Shown: in pieces, positions 18,713-27,614 of the stretch | Position numbering within the stretch: the stretch's first letter is position 1 | Layout of the letters: each line of letters starts with the position of its first letter | Assembly: GCA_964566925.1 (NCBI GenBank) | Contig: CAZMIZ010000001.1 | Location: 135,248-199,247 of the forward strand | Direction of reading: 5' to 3' | Length of the DNA: 64,000 nt | Origin: an uncultured Gammaproteobacteria bacterium | GTDB taxonomy: Bacteria > Patescibacteriota > Microgenomatia > PFEM01 > DATLAM01 | The notes under the pieces: generated by a model | The model's database searches: none | The model's input: the letters and a program-made list of their open reading frames with translations, nothing else | What the model was told of the DNA's origin: nothing | Position numbers and translations under genes: made by a program

Positions 18713-19468
18713 CTAGCCATCAATGGTCAAAATTTGATCGCGAACTGCCCTTAAATCGGCTATTTCTTTTTTTGTGGGCGAAGGGTTTCTGCTGTGCTCG
18801 ACCGCTAAACGCCAATATTCCGCCCATAGCGCCTGACTGCCTTGCCTGTTTTGGCCCGCTTCTAATTTTAACTTGGCCTCCTCATAAAGCGGAAGGGCTA
18901 ACTCTCTTGCTTCTTTGATCTGAATTCTTTGATACATTAGATCAATTTTATCTTGAACTTCTTGAGAAGTCCTTTGATCAGAAATCATCTCAATAAAAAA
19001 ACCTACCCTTGTTTCAAGAAAAGACAGACTATCCGCTGCTTGAACCAGGCTCTGGCGATAATTACCGCCAGTTTCATGAGCTTGAATAAGGTATAAAATA
19101 TCAACAAGTTGTTCTTCAGGTAGTTTCAATTCTCTTCTTAGAAATCGACAGGCAATCCTGGCCGAACGCCGACTATGACCAGTGGAATATTCTTCGTATT
19201 CCTCCGGACTATAACCAGAAGGAGGATGGGAAGGATAATAAGGGTCAAGAAAGGCTCGGTCAATATCATGAAGTTGGGCGGCTAAAACTACATTTAAATC
19301 AGCCGCTGGATCAATTCCTCTTACCCAGTCAGCGGCTCGGTCAAGATGGGTTTGAAGATTTTCTCCGCCAGATGAGAACCGTTCACATCTCTCTTTTACC
19401 CATGCCCTTACTTGAGCAAAAATTTGCTCTTCACTTAATTCAGAATTAGGTGATCCTTCTGTGAGCAT
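18713..19468 (-). CDS. HD-domain protein (DUF4202-like)
   Basis: THLDRA, AAQLHDIDR, HS, HE and ADSLSF motifs. Confidence 0.72.
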   Translation of the reverse strand: MLTEGSPNSELSEEQIFAQVRAWVKERCERFSSGGENLQTHLDRAADWVRGIDPAADLNVVLAAQLHDIDRAFLDPYYPSHPPSGYSPEEYEEYSTGHSRRSARIACRFLRRELKLPEEQLVDILYLIQAHETGGNYRQSLVQAADSLSFLETRVGFFIEMISDQRTSQEVQDKIDLMYQRIQIKEARELALPLYEEAKLKLEAGQNRQGSQALWAEYWRLAVEHSRNPSPTKKEIADLRAVRDQILTIDG

Positions 19469-19499
19469 CTTGAAAGGCAGTGCCTTGATTCTACCAAAT

Positions 19500-19775
19500 T
19501 TAGCCTTGGAAAACTAGAGGACTACGGGGGGTCGAGTCTGAGTTCACAGAATCAGGACTAACAAAAATATCAGTAACCATTGGTCCTTTATCCTGATGAA
19601 CGGAACCAATCGTAGCCTGTTGATTTTGAGAAAAAACTTCTATCAAAATTTCCCCATGGGCTGGGGTTTCGGTCTTAATGATCTTTGTTCCATCAGAGAA
19701 GGTTAGGCGGATTATTCCCTCGGCCGCAGAAAACATCCCGCCGCCAACAACCATTATTTCAGGGGTTTTACTCAT
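19500..19775 (-). CDS. hypothetical protein
   Basis: 91 aa ORF with an AGGAG RBS upstream. Confidence 0.55.
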   Translation of the reverse strand: MSKTPEIMVVGGGMFSAAEGIIRLTFSDGTKIIKTETPAHGEILIEVFSQNQQATIGSVHQDKGPMVTDIFVSPDSVNSDSTPRSPLVFQG

Positions 19776-19866
19776 TATTTCTCCTTGAGAGAGAAATTCT
19801 AGCAGATTTAGGCTCGCGAAGCAACCATCTTAGACCGGAAAAAATTCTTAATCAACTTCTGAAGGC

Positions 19867-20604
19867 TCATCTCTGGACAATAATATACTTCTTCTCGGCT
19901 AAAACATCTAGAGCCATACGGATGGCTTTTTTAGTACCTGGCTCCATCTCATTAAGGGGCAAATTGCCTAAACTAAACCATTTAAACTCCGTGTTCTCGC
20001 CTGAATCTGGTTCTGCCTTGATTGTTTTTTTCCCTTCTAAAAGTTGCCACTCCTCAGATCTTCTCCCTTTTTGGCTAACTGCCTGAATGACTTCCACGAC
20101 GACATGAATTGTCCAACCCGTTTTTGAGTCTTTAAAGGGTTTTGCTCGTATTACCGAGACTTGGGTAGGCGTCCTTTTTGATTCCTCAAACCTCCCCCGA
20201 TAAGCGATTTCTTCGATAAAATCGCCATACGTAAACTCCCTCTTGTCTTTGGCTCTAGCTTTAGCTTTCTGATCTCCAGAATCAATATCTCTTTCTTCGA
20301 TCGTTTCCATCATTGGCGCCCAAGTTGTTTCCCCCCAAGGTTTTTCTTTTCTCCGAGCTCTTTTTCCTAACAAAATTTCCATTTCCACAAGGCTTGAAGG
20401 TTCTAAGATCGGCAAGCCTAATTGATTAAAGGAAACCAGCGCCACCGCCTCTTTTCCTTCTTTTAACCCCCTTCTAAGATTTTTCTTGATTAGCTGAAAT
20501 GGCGCCTGATAATCAAGCTGGAGATTTCTAAATCTCCCATTTACCTCAAGCTGAGAAAAAATTTCCTCTAAGCTGGTTACTGGTTTCCCTGCTTCTTCTA
20601 CCAT
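19867..20604 (-). CDS. hypothetical protein, degenerate Nudix-like fold
   Basis: ILLGKR...TW...E...EEIAYRGRFEES...ENTEFKWF pattern; GGGGAG RBS. Confidence 0.55.
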   Translation of the reverse strand: MVEEAGKPVTSLEEIFSQLEVNGRFRNLQLDYQAPFQLIKKNLRRGLKEGKEAVALVSFNQLGLPILEPSSLVEMEILLGKRARRKEKPWGETTWAPMMETIEERDIDSGDQKAKARAKDKREFTYGDFIEEIAYRGRFEESKRTPTQVSVIRAKPFKDSKTGWTIHVVVEVIQAVSQKGRRSEEWQLLEGKKTIKAEPDSGENTEFKWFSLGNLPLNEMEPGTKKAIRMALDVLAEKKYIIVQR

Positions 20605-20624
20605 AAAATCTCCCCTGGAATATT

Positions 20625-20810
20625 TTATCGCCCAATCCCTAATCTCTTCAATCTTTTTTGATACTCTGGTAAAACCCAGGTTCTGGCGTCTTGGGGATGG
20701 AAACGGAGCCGGCCTTTCTCAACCACTTCAGTGGTTCTTTTTTTGGCCATATATTTAAGCTGCACCCAACAAGCTAGGGCTTCCAGTTTGGCAAGTATTG
20801 CTTGACCCAT
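20625..20810 (-). CDS. probable separated C-terminal part of the upstream nucleotidyltransferase-like protein
   Basis: Overlaps the upstream ORF in the -1 frame; LEALACWVQLKYM..RTTEVV..LRFHPQD looks like genuine protein; start uncertain. Confidence 0.45.
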   Translation of the reverse strand: MGQAILAKLEALACWVQLKYMAKKRTTEVVEKGRLRFHPQDARTWVLPEYQKRLKRLGIGR

Positions 20811-21424
20811 TGATTCGCCTTTAAAAACTTTGGGTAGGTTCCGTCTTTTTCCCATAAAACTTTCATTTGACCAACTTCGTGGGCAGAAAAAAGATCCCGT
20901 TCTTTCTTAGGAATGGCCAAATGAACCTCGTCTAAGAACATATTCAAACAAATTTTATCTCTTGCTTTTTGGTCGCCTGGTCGGCGGCGGGAGGCAACCA
21001 CTTCAATTAATAAAACCGCTAGCAATCTCGTTAACCAAAGCCGATTTTTAGTAGTCACGATCATTAAATCAATGTCATCTTCCTTATCTGTGTTGGCCAT
21101 GGCCAGAGCGCCTGTGACGGCCACCATTTTGATGGTCGGAATAAACTTCAGCCAATTGGCAACCCGCTGGCCAATCTTTAATTTTTCCCGGCTCCAGCGG
21201 GCCCGCTTTTGACGAAGAGAAACCAACCTCCTTCTTCCTCTTAGATAATAATAGCCTTCCTTTTTAGCAGTTCGGGGAAGTTTCTCTAATGCTTTTTCGA
21301 TATCCGATATCCGATATCCGATATCCGAAAGAAGAAATTGCCAGATTTCTTCTTTTTTCAACGGATAATCAAAAACATCAGCATAGGCAAGAGTGCGAAA
21401 AATTGCCTTTGATAAGGGCTTCAT
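20774..21424 (-). CDS. nucleotidyltransferase-fold protein (CPR-type conserved hypothetical)
   Basis: VAVTGALA...DDIDLMIV Pol-beta-like motif; N-terminal YADVFDYPL. Confidence 0.7.
   Translation of the reverse strand: MKPLSKAIFRTLAYADVFDYPLKKEEIWQFLLSDIGYRISDIEKALEKLPRTAKKEGYYYLRGRRRLVSLRQKRARWSREKLKIGQRVANWLKFIPTIKMVAVTGALAMANTDKEDDIDLMIVTTKNRLWLTRLLAVLLIEVVASRRRPGDQKARDKICLNMFLDEVHLAIPKKERDLFSAHEVGQMKVLWEKDGTYPKFLKANQWVKQYLPNWKP
21298..21328. repeat. perfect 7-bp tandem repeat inside a CDS
   Basis: (CGATATC)x4 + CGA; SDIGYRISDI. Confidence 0.9.
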
Positions 21425-21447
21425 GCGCCTATGATATCACAAGGAGC

Positions 21448-23073
21448 CTAGCGAGCGGTGTAACTCCCCAAGCCATATTGGGAAAGAAGCTGGGAAACCC
21501 CTTCCGAAGCAGTGAGCAAAGCTTCTGCCGAGGTGTCACCATCATTAACGGCATTAACCGCATCTTCAAAATATTTAATCATCCGGTCATTAATTCCGTT
21601 GTCAAAGGTTCGGGAAGCTAAATACCAAGATTGGGCCAAGGACGCTTGCTCAATGAACGGGGCGGCCATGGGGTCGCTTTTGATTAAATCGGCCATGTCT
21701 ATTCGAGAGAAGGGTTCGCCGAAAAGTCTAGTTTGGCTTTCGGCTTGATAAAGCTTTTGCATTACCTCTCGACTGGAAAGATATTTTAGAAATTCCCAGG
21801 CCTGTTCCTGGTTTTTACTTTTTTTCGAAACCCCCTCAACCCAATAAGAAGCCCAGTTTACTTCGGTGTCTGAAAGTTGGGGGGCGGCGACCACTTTGAA
21901 CTCAAGATCGGGATTAATGTTCTTAATCTCAAAAACGTCCCAGGAAAAGCCAAAATACATCGCCAGTTTTCCAGTAGCAAAAGCTAGCATTGAAGAGGGT
22001 AAAGTTTCATTCCAAACCCGATCGACTCGGCTAAAAAGAGTGAAGTAGGTTAAGGCGTCTTCAGCTAATTTTCCGGTGGGCGCCGCCAGATTAGCTCCGT
22101 TCTGGAGCATCATTAAACCCAAAATATCGCTCCAATGCTCTACGTTTCCGGTTAAACCTAGGGCCGCTCCGGCAGTCTTGATCTCCCCCTGTTCGTCTCG
22201 AACAGTTAAGGCTGAAGCTAAGGTTCGTAATTCATCCCAAGTAGTTGGTGGCGTTTTCCCAGCTGCCCTAAAAACCTCCTCATTATAAAAGAGAGTTAAG
22301 GTATCAATCTCGAGAGGAATGCCTAAATAGTCAGTTCCTGATCGAAGATCGGTTCTCGCTACCGGATAGTAGGTCGCCTCAAAAGAAGAAGCATCCATCA
22401 CTGAAGCGGGTACAGAATCAAGTTCATTCTTAAGCATCGGGATCCAGGTGTTGTGAAAGCGGAAAATATCTGGCCCTTCTCCTCGAGCTAAAGCGGATTG
22501 AAGCCGTTCCCGGTATTCATTTTTAGAGTTACGAACATAATTCACTTTAATCCCCGGATGATCATTCTCCCAGTCGGTGATGACTTGTTTCATCACCGTA
22601 TCTGGCTCCCAAAGCCCCCAATAGACCAAGGTCACTTCAGATGGTTTTTGGAGCCGAGGTAACCCAAAGCGAATCGCGGCAATAATTCCCCCAATAATCA
22701 GTAAAAGAACCAAAAAAGGCAAAATAATCTTTTTTAGCGAGCCAAACCTTGATTCATCTTCGAGCTGAAGAATTTCAGACTTCCCGGGTGGTGGTTCTGT
22801 TGGCGGCGGTTCTGGTGCTGGTGGTGAGGGCGGCGTTGATTCCGGTTGAGGGGAAACCATTGATGGCACCTCAGGCATTACTTCTACTTCAGGAAAAGGC
22901 GCTGGTGGTGGTTCGACTGGCGGTGAAGAAGGAGGCATTTCGGGGGTCGGACTCTCTGGAAGAGGCTCGGCTCCGCCTTCAGCAGAAGTTGGCGGCTCAA
23001 AAGGAGAAACTGGTTCTTGAACAGATGTTTTTTGATCCTCTGATAATGGATTATCGTTAGGCGGGACCGGCAT
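21448..23073 (-). CDS. sugar ABC-type extracellular solute-binding protein with Pro-rich N-terminus and TM anchor
   Basis: LVYWGLWE, GPDIF, LFYNEEVF, PPTTWDE and AWEFLKYL motifs; start at ATG 23073. Confidence 0.82.
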   Translation of the reverse strand: MPVPPNDNPLSEDQKTSVQEPVSPFEPPTSAEGGAEPLPESPTPEMPPSSPPVEPPPAPFPEVEVMPEVPSMVSPQPESTPPSPPAPEPPPTEPPPGKSEILQLEDESRFGSLKKIILPFLVLLLIIGGIIAAIRFGLPRLQKPSEVTLVYWGLWEPDTVMKQVITDWENDHPGIKVNYVRNSKNEYRERLQSALARGEGPDIFRFHNTWIPMLKNELDSVPASVMDASSFEATYYPVARTDLRSGTDYLGIPLEIDTLTLFYNEEVFRAAGKTPPTTWDELRTLASALTVRDEQGEIKTAGAALGLTGNVEHWSDILGLMMLQNGANLAAPTGKLAEDALTYFTLFSRVDRVWNETLPSSMLAFATGKLAMYFGFSWDVFEIKNINPDLEFKVVAAPQLSDTEVNWASYWVEGVSKKSKNQEQAWEFLKYLSSREVMQKLYQAESQTRLFGEPFSRIDMADLIKSDPMAAPFIEQASLAQSWYLASRTFDNGINDRMIKYFEDAVNAVNDGDTSAEALLTASEGVSQLLSQYGLGSYTAR

Positions 23074-23109
23074 AGATTTTACGCTTTTACTAATGTTATC
23101 ATACACAAG

Positions 23110-24933
23110 ATGAATAAAACTTTGCAAGAACTCCAGAAACAGCTCAGAAAATTCACCAAAAAACTCCCTCAAATTTCGGCTGAAAGAATTGCCTTTTTAG
23201 TCCTCATTTTAGTTCTTGCTTTTTTATTTTTAGTCTTTCTCTCCTATCACCTTGCTTATTGGCAAAAAATTTATCCGGGAATAACCGTGCTGAAGGAACC
23301 AATAGGCAACCAAACTCTGGGAAAGGCAACAGAAAAAATTGAAGGGCAAATTGCCAAGATTGAATTAAAAACTCTTCCCCTGATTTACCAAGAACAGGCA
23401 TGGTCAGTGGATCTCCATCAACTTGATTTTAGCTATAACGCCACGGCCACGGCTCAGAAAGCTTACCAGGTCGGCCGAGCCGGCTCCTTAACTCAGAATC
23501 TCAAAGCCAAAACCGAGGCTTGGTTTAAGGGTATTAATCTCAATTTAAATTATCAACTCAGTCAAAATCTCCTAGAAAACCGAGTGGCCACTATCGCCGG
23601 AGAACTTTTTATCCCGGCGATCGAGCCAACAATTCAAGTCTTTGAGGCGACCCCAGCTGGCGCCTTAAGCCGAATCGCGATTGAAGCCGGCAAAGAGGGC
23701 CGAGAGCTAGATCAACAGAGACTTCTGTTAATTATTGATCAACGACTCTCGACCGCCGATTTTGATCCTCTTGAGCTACCAGTCATTATTCTCTCACCGA
23801 GTTTGACTGATGATCAAATCGCCAGAACGAAAACCAGGGCCGAAAAATTTTTAGACAAGAAATTAGTTTTTTCTCAAGATGAAGATCAATGGGAATTAGA
23901 TGAACAGGAATTGATCGGTTTCCTTTCTTTCACTGATCAATATGAAGAGGCAAAAATCGCCAGTTACACGGCTACTCTCGCCCAAAATATTGATCGTCCT
24001 CCTCAAAACGCTGCTTTCCAATTTGAAGGCGGTCGGGTCACTCAATTCCAGCCCGCCAAAGAGGGATTAACTTTAAAACAAGAAGAGACCATTAAGTCAA
24101 TTATCACCGCGCTTGAGAAAATTGAGGCCGGGGAAGGAAATCAGCCGATGATTAATCTTTCGGTTATTACCGCCTCTCCGGAGGTGACCGTCGAAGAAAT
24201 TAATGACCTAGGCATCAAGGAACTTTTAGGCCGGGGTGTTTCTTATTTTCGAGGTTCAATCACTTCCAGAATTCATAATATTCAGCTCGCTTCTTCCCGG
24301 TTCAATGGTCTTTTAATCCCCCCAGGAGAAACCTTTTCTTTTAACCAAGCCCTGGGTGAGGTCTCGCCGGCCACTGGCTTTCAACAGGCCTATATCATTA
24401 AAGAGGGCCGGACAATTCTTGGGGATGGCGGTGGGGTTTGTCAGGTCTCCACTACCTTTTTCCGAGCCGCTTTAGACGCTGGTTTACCGATTATCGAACG
24501 CCAGGCTCATGCCTATCGGGTGGCTTACTACGAACAAGGCTTTTCGCCTGGGCTGGATGCCACCGTTTGGGAACCAAGCCCAGATCTAAAAATTAAAAAT
24601 GATACTCCCGCCCACATTTTAGTCCAAGCTTATGCAAATGTTGGTGCCCGGAGTTTGACTTTTGAGTTTTATGGGACTTCAGATGGCCGCCAAGCCACGA
24701 TTGGTAAGTCCCGGATTTGGGATCAGGTTCCTCCCCCACCTGATCTCTATCAGGATGATCCTACCTTGCCAGCTGGCCAAATTAAGCAGATTGATTGGAA
24801 AGCTTGGGGTGCCAAAGTGGCTTTTGATTGGAAAGTGGTTCGCGGCGATGAAGTCCTTCAAGATCGAACTTTCTATTCAAACTACCGCCCCTGGCAAGCC
24901 GTCTTTTTACGAGGCACTGGTCCAGCTCAATAA
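23110..24933 (+). CDS. VanW family protein with N-terminal peptidoglycan-binding-type region
   Basis: RIHNI, PGETFSFN, GGGVCQVSTT and GLDATV motifs. Confidence 0.88.
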   Translation: MNKTLQELQKQLRKFTKKLPQISAERIAFLVLILVLAFLFLVFLSYHLAYWQKIYPGITVLKEPIGNQTLGKATEKIEGQIAKIELKTLPLIYQEQAWSVDLHQLDFSYNATATAQKAYQVGRAGSLTQNLKAKTEAWFKGINLNLNYQLSQNLLENRVATIAGELFIPAIEPTIQVFEATPAGALSRIAIEAGKEGRELDQQRLLLIIDQRLSTADFDPLELPVIILSPSLTDDQIARTKTRAEKFLDKKLVFSQDEDQWELDEQELIGFLSFTDQYEEAKIASYTATLAQNIDRPPQNAAFQFEGGRVTQFQPAKEGLTLKQEETIKSIITALEKIEAGEGNQPMINLSVITASPEVTVEEINDLGIKELLGRGVSYFRGSITSRIHNIQLASSRFNGLLIPPGETFSFNQALGEVSPATGFQQAYIIKEGRTILGDGGGVCQVSTTFFRAALDAGLPIIERQAHAYRVAYYEQGFSPGLDATVWEPSPDLKIKNDTPAHILVQAYANVGARSLTFEFYGTSDGRQATIGKSRIWDQVPPPPDLYQDDPTLPAGQIKQIDWKAWGAKVAFDWKVVRGDEVLQDRTFYSNYRPWQAVFLRGTGPAQ

Positions 24934-24940
24934 AGGGAAA

Positions 24941-26353
24941 ATGAAAAACCAAAACCTGAACCGCCTCATTCTTGGTTTTCTGTTGGTGGGACTTTTTTTG
25001 CTCTTCTTCCTTCCCCCCACTGATCCGGATTTAGGCTGGCATTTGCGTTGTGGTCAGCAATTTTGGGAACAAGGAAAACTTTGTGCCCAAAATACTTTCA
25101 GCGTTCTCATGGCCGACTATTACTGGCCTGACGCCCGAACTTTTTATCAAGGTTCAATCTTTCCTTTTTATAAAATCTTTAATCTTTTCGGTTTAAGCAT
25201 GGTCAATAGTTTTTTGCTCTTGGCGACTTTCGTTCTCTGGCTTTCTTTATCAGGGAAAAGGGAAATTAAGGCGACACTTATGCCTTTAATTATTTTTCTT
25301 TCTTGGTCAGTTTTAGGCTTTGGTATTCGCAACCAGCTCATCAGCCTCTTTTTCCTCTTCGCCTTAATAAAAACCATTGAATTAACGGAAAAAAACCAAA
25401 AATGGGCTTTTCTCTTCCCTCTGATAATGTTTTTTTGGGCTAACAGTCACGGCGGGTTTGTGTTGGGAGTTTTTTTACTCTCAATCTTTCTCTTTGAAAA
25501 AACCCTCCGGCTCTTAACCAGGCCTCACCAGGACAAAAACTATCTCTTTTTTCTCATACCTGTTCTTCTTAGTCTTGGGGCGACTCTCTTAAACCCTTTT
25601 GGGATTAAAATTTATTTTGAAGGTTGGCGACACCTCATGATTGTCCCTCTTTCTCAGTTGATTGCTGAGTGGGTGCCCCCCCAACCTTGGCTCCAAATCA
25701 CGATTTTAATCTTCCTGGGATTGACTCTTGGGGTTCTTTACCAAAACCGAAAACAGCCTCTAACTCTCCTTAAAACCATCACCTTGATTTTCTTGGCTCT
25801 TTTAGCTTTAAGAGCCAGGCGAGATCTAGCCTTTTTCTTCTTTTTGGCGGGTTATCTTTTCTCCTCATTAAAAATTAAAACAAAAATATTTCCATCTTTG
25901 GCTCTACTTGCTGCCGCCTTTATTTTCGTTTTAGGTTTTTTCTTCCAGCTTCCAAGAACAATGATGATCGATGGGAGCTGGGATCAATTTTGTCAAATCA
26001 GATATGCCTGTGAGGGCGTCTCCTTTTTAAAAGAGCGGCCGGAAAAGGGCAATATTTTTAACACCTATGAACAAGGAGGTTTTTTAATCTGGCAGCTACC
26101 AGAATATAAAGTTTTTATTGACGGCCGAATGCCCGCCTGGCCTCATCCTTCGGGCAAAAGTCCCTATACTATCTACTTAGAAACTTTACAGACTCAACCG
26201 GGCTGGCAAGAAACCCTTCAGGATTATGATATCAATTGGCTTTTCATTGGTCCGGGGACTTTCATGGATCTGAAAATCCGAGATGATCCTCAAAGCCTTG
26301 GCTGGCAAGAAGTTTTTCGGGGAAAACGAGCCGTAATTTATCAAAAAATATAA
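24941..26353 (+). CDS. polytopic membrane protein, GT-C-like
   Basis: TDPDLGWHL, WANSHGGF, LLNPFG, IAEW and FIDGR motifs; start ATG 24941. Confidence 0.72.
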   Translation: MKNQNLNRLILGFLLVGLFLLFFLPPTDPDLGWHLRCGQQFWEQGKLCAQNTFSVLMADYYWPDARTFYQGSIFPFYKIFNLFGLSMVNSFLLLATFVLWLSLSGKREIKATLMPLIIFLSWSVLGFGIRNQLISLFFLFALIKTIELTEKNQKWAFLFPLIMFFWANSHGGFVLGVFLLSIFLFEKTLRLLTRPHQDKNYLFFLIPVLLSLGATLLNPFGIKIYFEGWRHLMIVPLSQLIAEWVPPQPWLQITILIFLGLTLGVLYQNRKQPLTLLKTITLIFLALLALRARRDLAFFFFLAGYLFSSLKIKTKIFPSLALLAAAFIFVLGFFFQLPRTMMIDGSWDQFCQIRYACEGVSFLKERPEKGNIFNTYEQGGFLIWQLPEYKVFIDGRMPAWPHPSGKSPYTIYLETLQTQPGWQETLQDYDINWLFIGPGTFMDLKIRDDPQSLGWQEVFRGKRAVIYQKI

Positions 26354-26358
26354 ACTAG

Positions 26359-26904
26359 ATGAGAGCCTTCATTGCCCTAGAATTACCAGAAGAAATAAAG
26401 GACGAGATTAAGGCACTCCAAGATGAGCTTAAAAAAGCTGGGGTTGAGGCGCGGTGGGTTAAACCGGAAATCAGCCACCTAACCTTGGCTTTCCTGGGCT
26501 CAATTAGGCCTAATAAGGTGGAACTAATTGGCCAAATTCTTGATGAAGCAGCGGCTCAAGTTAAACCAATTAAACTCTCTTTTTCCAAAATTAATTGCTT
26601 TCCTAATCTGAATAAGCCCAGAATTATTTTTATTGATTTGGCTGGTGAAACAGATCAACTCCAGGCTTTAGCCCTTGAAATTCGGAAGAGGTTGAAAAAA
26701 CAAAAAATCTGGTTTGATGAAAAACCGTTTTCTTCTCATCTTACCTTAGGAAGAATCAAAAAAAGAAAAAACCTTACTAAAATTTTAAAAAGAATCACGT
26801 TTAAAAGAATTGAGTTCCAGGCCAAAGAAGTCGCCTTAAATAAAAGTGATCTTGGTCTAGTTGGCCCAACCTATATAAAACTTAAAAAAGTTTTTTTGGT
26901 TTAA
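26359..26904 (+). CDS. thpR: RNA 2',3'-cyclic phosphodiesterase (2H family)
   Basis: MRAFIA plus two HLTL motifs. Confidence 0.9.
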   Translation: MRAFIALELPEEIKDEIKALQDELKKAGVEARWVKPEISHLTLAFLGSIRPNKVELIGQILDEAAAQVKPIKLSFSKINCFPNLNKPRIIFIDLAGETDQLQALALEIRKRLKKQKIWFDEKPFSSHLTLGRIKKRKNLTKILKRITFKRIEFQAKEVALNKSDLGLVGPTYIKLKKVFLV

Positions 26905-26942
26905 GATTTGCTTTTTTCATGAAAAGGAATTAAAATCGAATC

Positions 26943-27572
26943 ATGGCTGAGGATAAAGCCAAAGAGGAAGGGCTAAAAGTTTCAAGAAGAGATTTCTTAA
27001 AAATAAGTGCGGCAGGGGCTGGCTTTTTGACTCTTGGCGGAGTTTTATCGAGCTGTGGCTTCAAACCTTCTGAAACAACTCCTCCTTCTGAATCTCTCGA
27101 AAATCAATTAGGATATCGCCTTAAAGAGGCCTTAAACAAAACCAAAGAAGCTAGCGAGGGTTTAGTGGTTGACGGCATCGCTAAAAAAACCGGCGATCTT
27201 TCTAGTTACGCCGTTGAAACCCCGGTTCTTTGCCTGCCTATCGGCGGAGACCAGCGAAATCAATTTCAGTTAGGCTTTCTCAAGGCAGGGGCTGAGGTTT
27301 CTTCTTCCTATTTGGCTTATCTTGTCAATCGTCAAGAAGGCAAAGAGAAATACGAAGTTTGGGATGTACTTTTGGTTGATTTAAAAGCAGACTTCAAAAA
27401 CTCTTGGGAATTTGGCAAAGTTGGTGGCTGGGATGAAAACCGATTGACAGAAGCAGTTGCCCAAAACAAGGATCACTTAGTTGAATTCGAGGGTCGAATA
27501 GCCCTCTTTTGCTTTAATGGAGAAGAAACCCAAAAGAAAAATGAAACGATCCCTTCTGGCCCGACTCCGTAA
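26943..27572 (+). CDS. hypothetical lipoprotein with twin-arginine-like signal
   Basis: VSRRDFLK, hydrophobic h-region, LSSC lipobox. Confidence 0.6.
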   Translation: MAEDKAKEEGLKVSRRDFLKISAAGAGFLTLGGVLSSCGFKPSETTPPSESLENQLGYRLKEALNKTKEASEGLVVDGIAKKTGDLSSYAVETPVLCLPIGGDQRNQFQLGFLKAGAEVSSSYLAYLVNRQEGKEKYEVWDVLLVDLKADFKNSWEFGKVGGWDENRLTEAVAQNKDHLVEFEGRIALFCFNGEETQKKNETIPSGPTP

Positions 27573-27614
27573 AACCTCGGAAAATCTTTAGTTATTAAAA
27601 GGTATAATTAATTC

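Noticed and set aside
22964-22998. TCCGCCTTCAGCAGAAGTTGGCGG resembling the 4625 palindrome
   Set aside because: Too degenerate and lies in GC-rich Pro/Gly codons.
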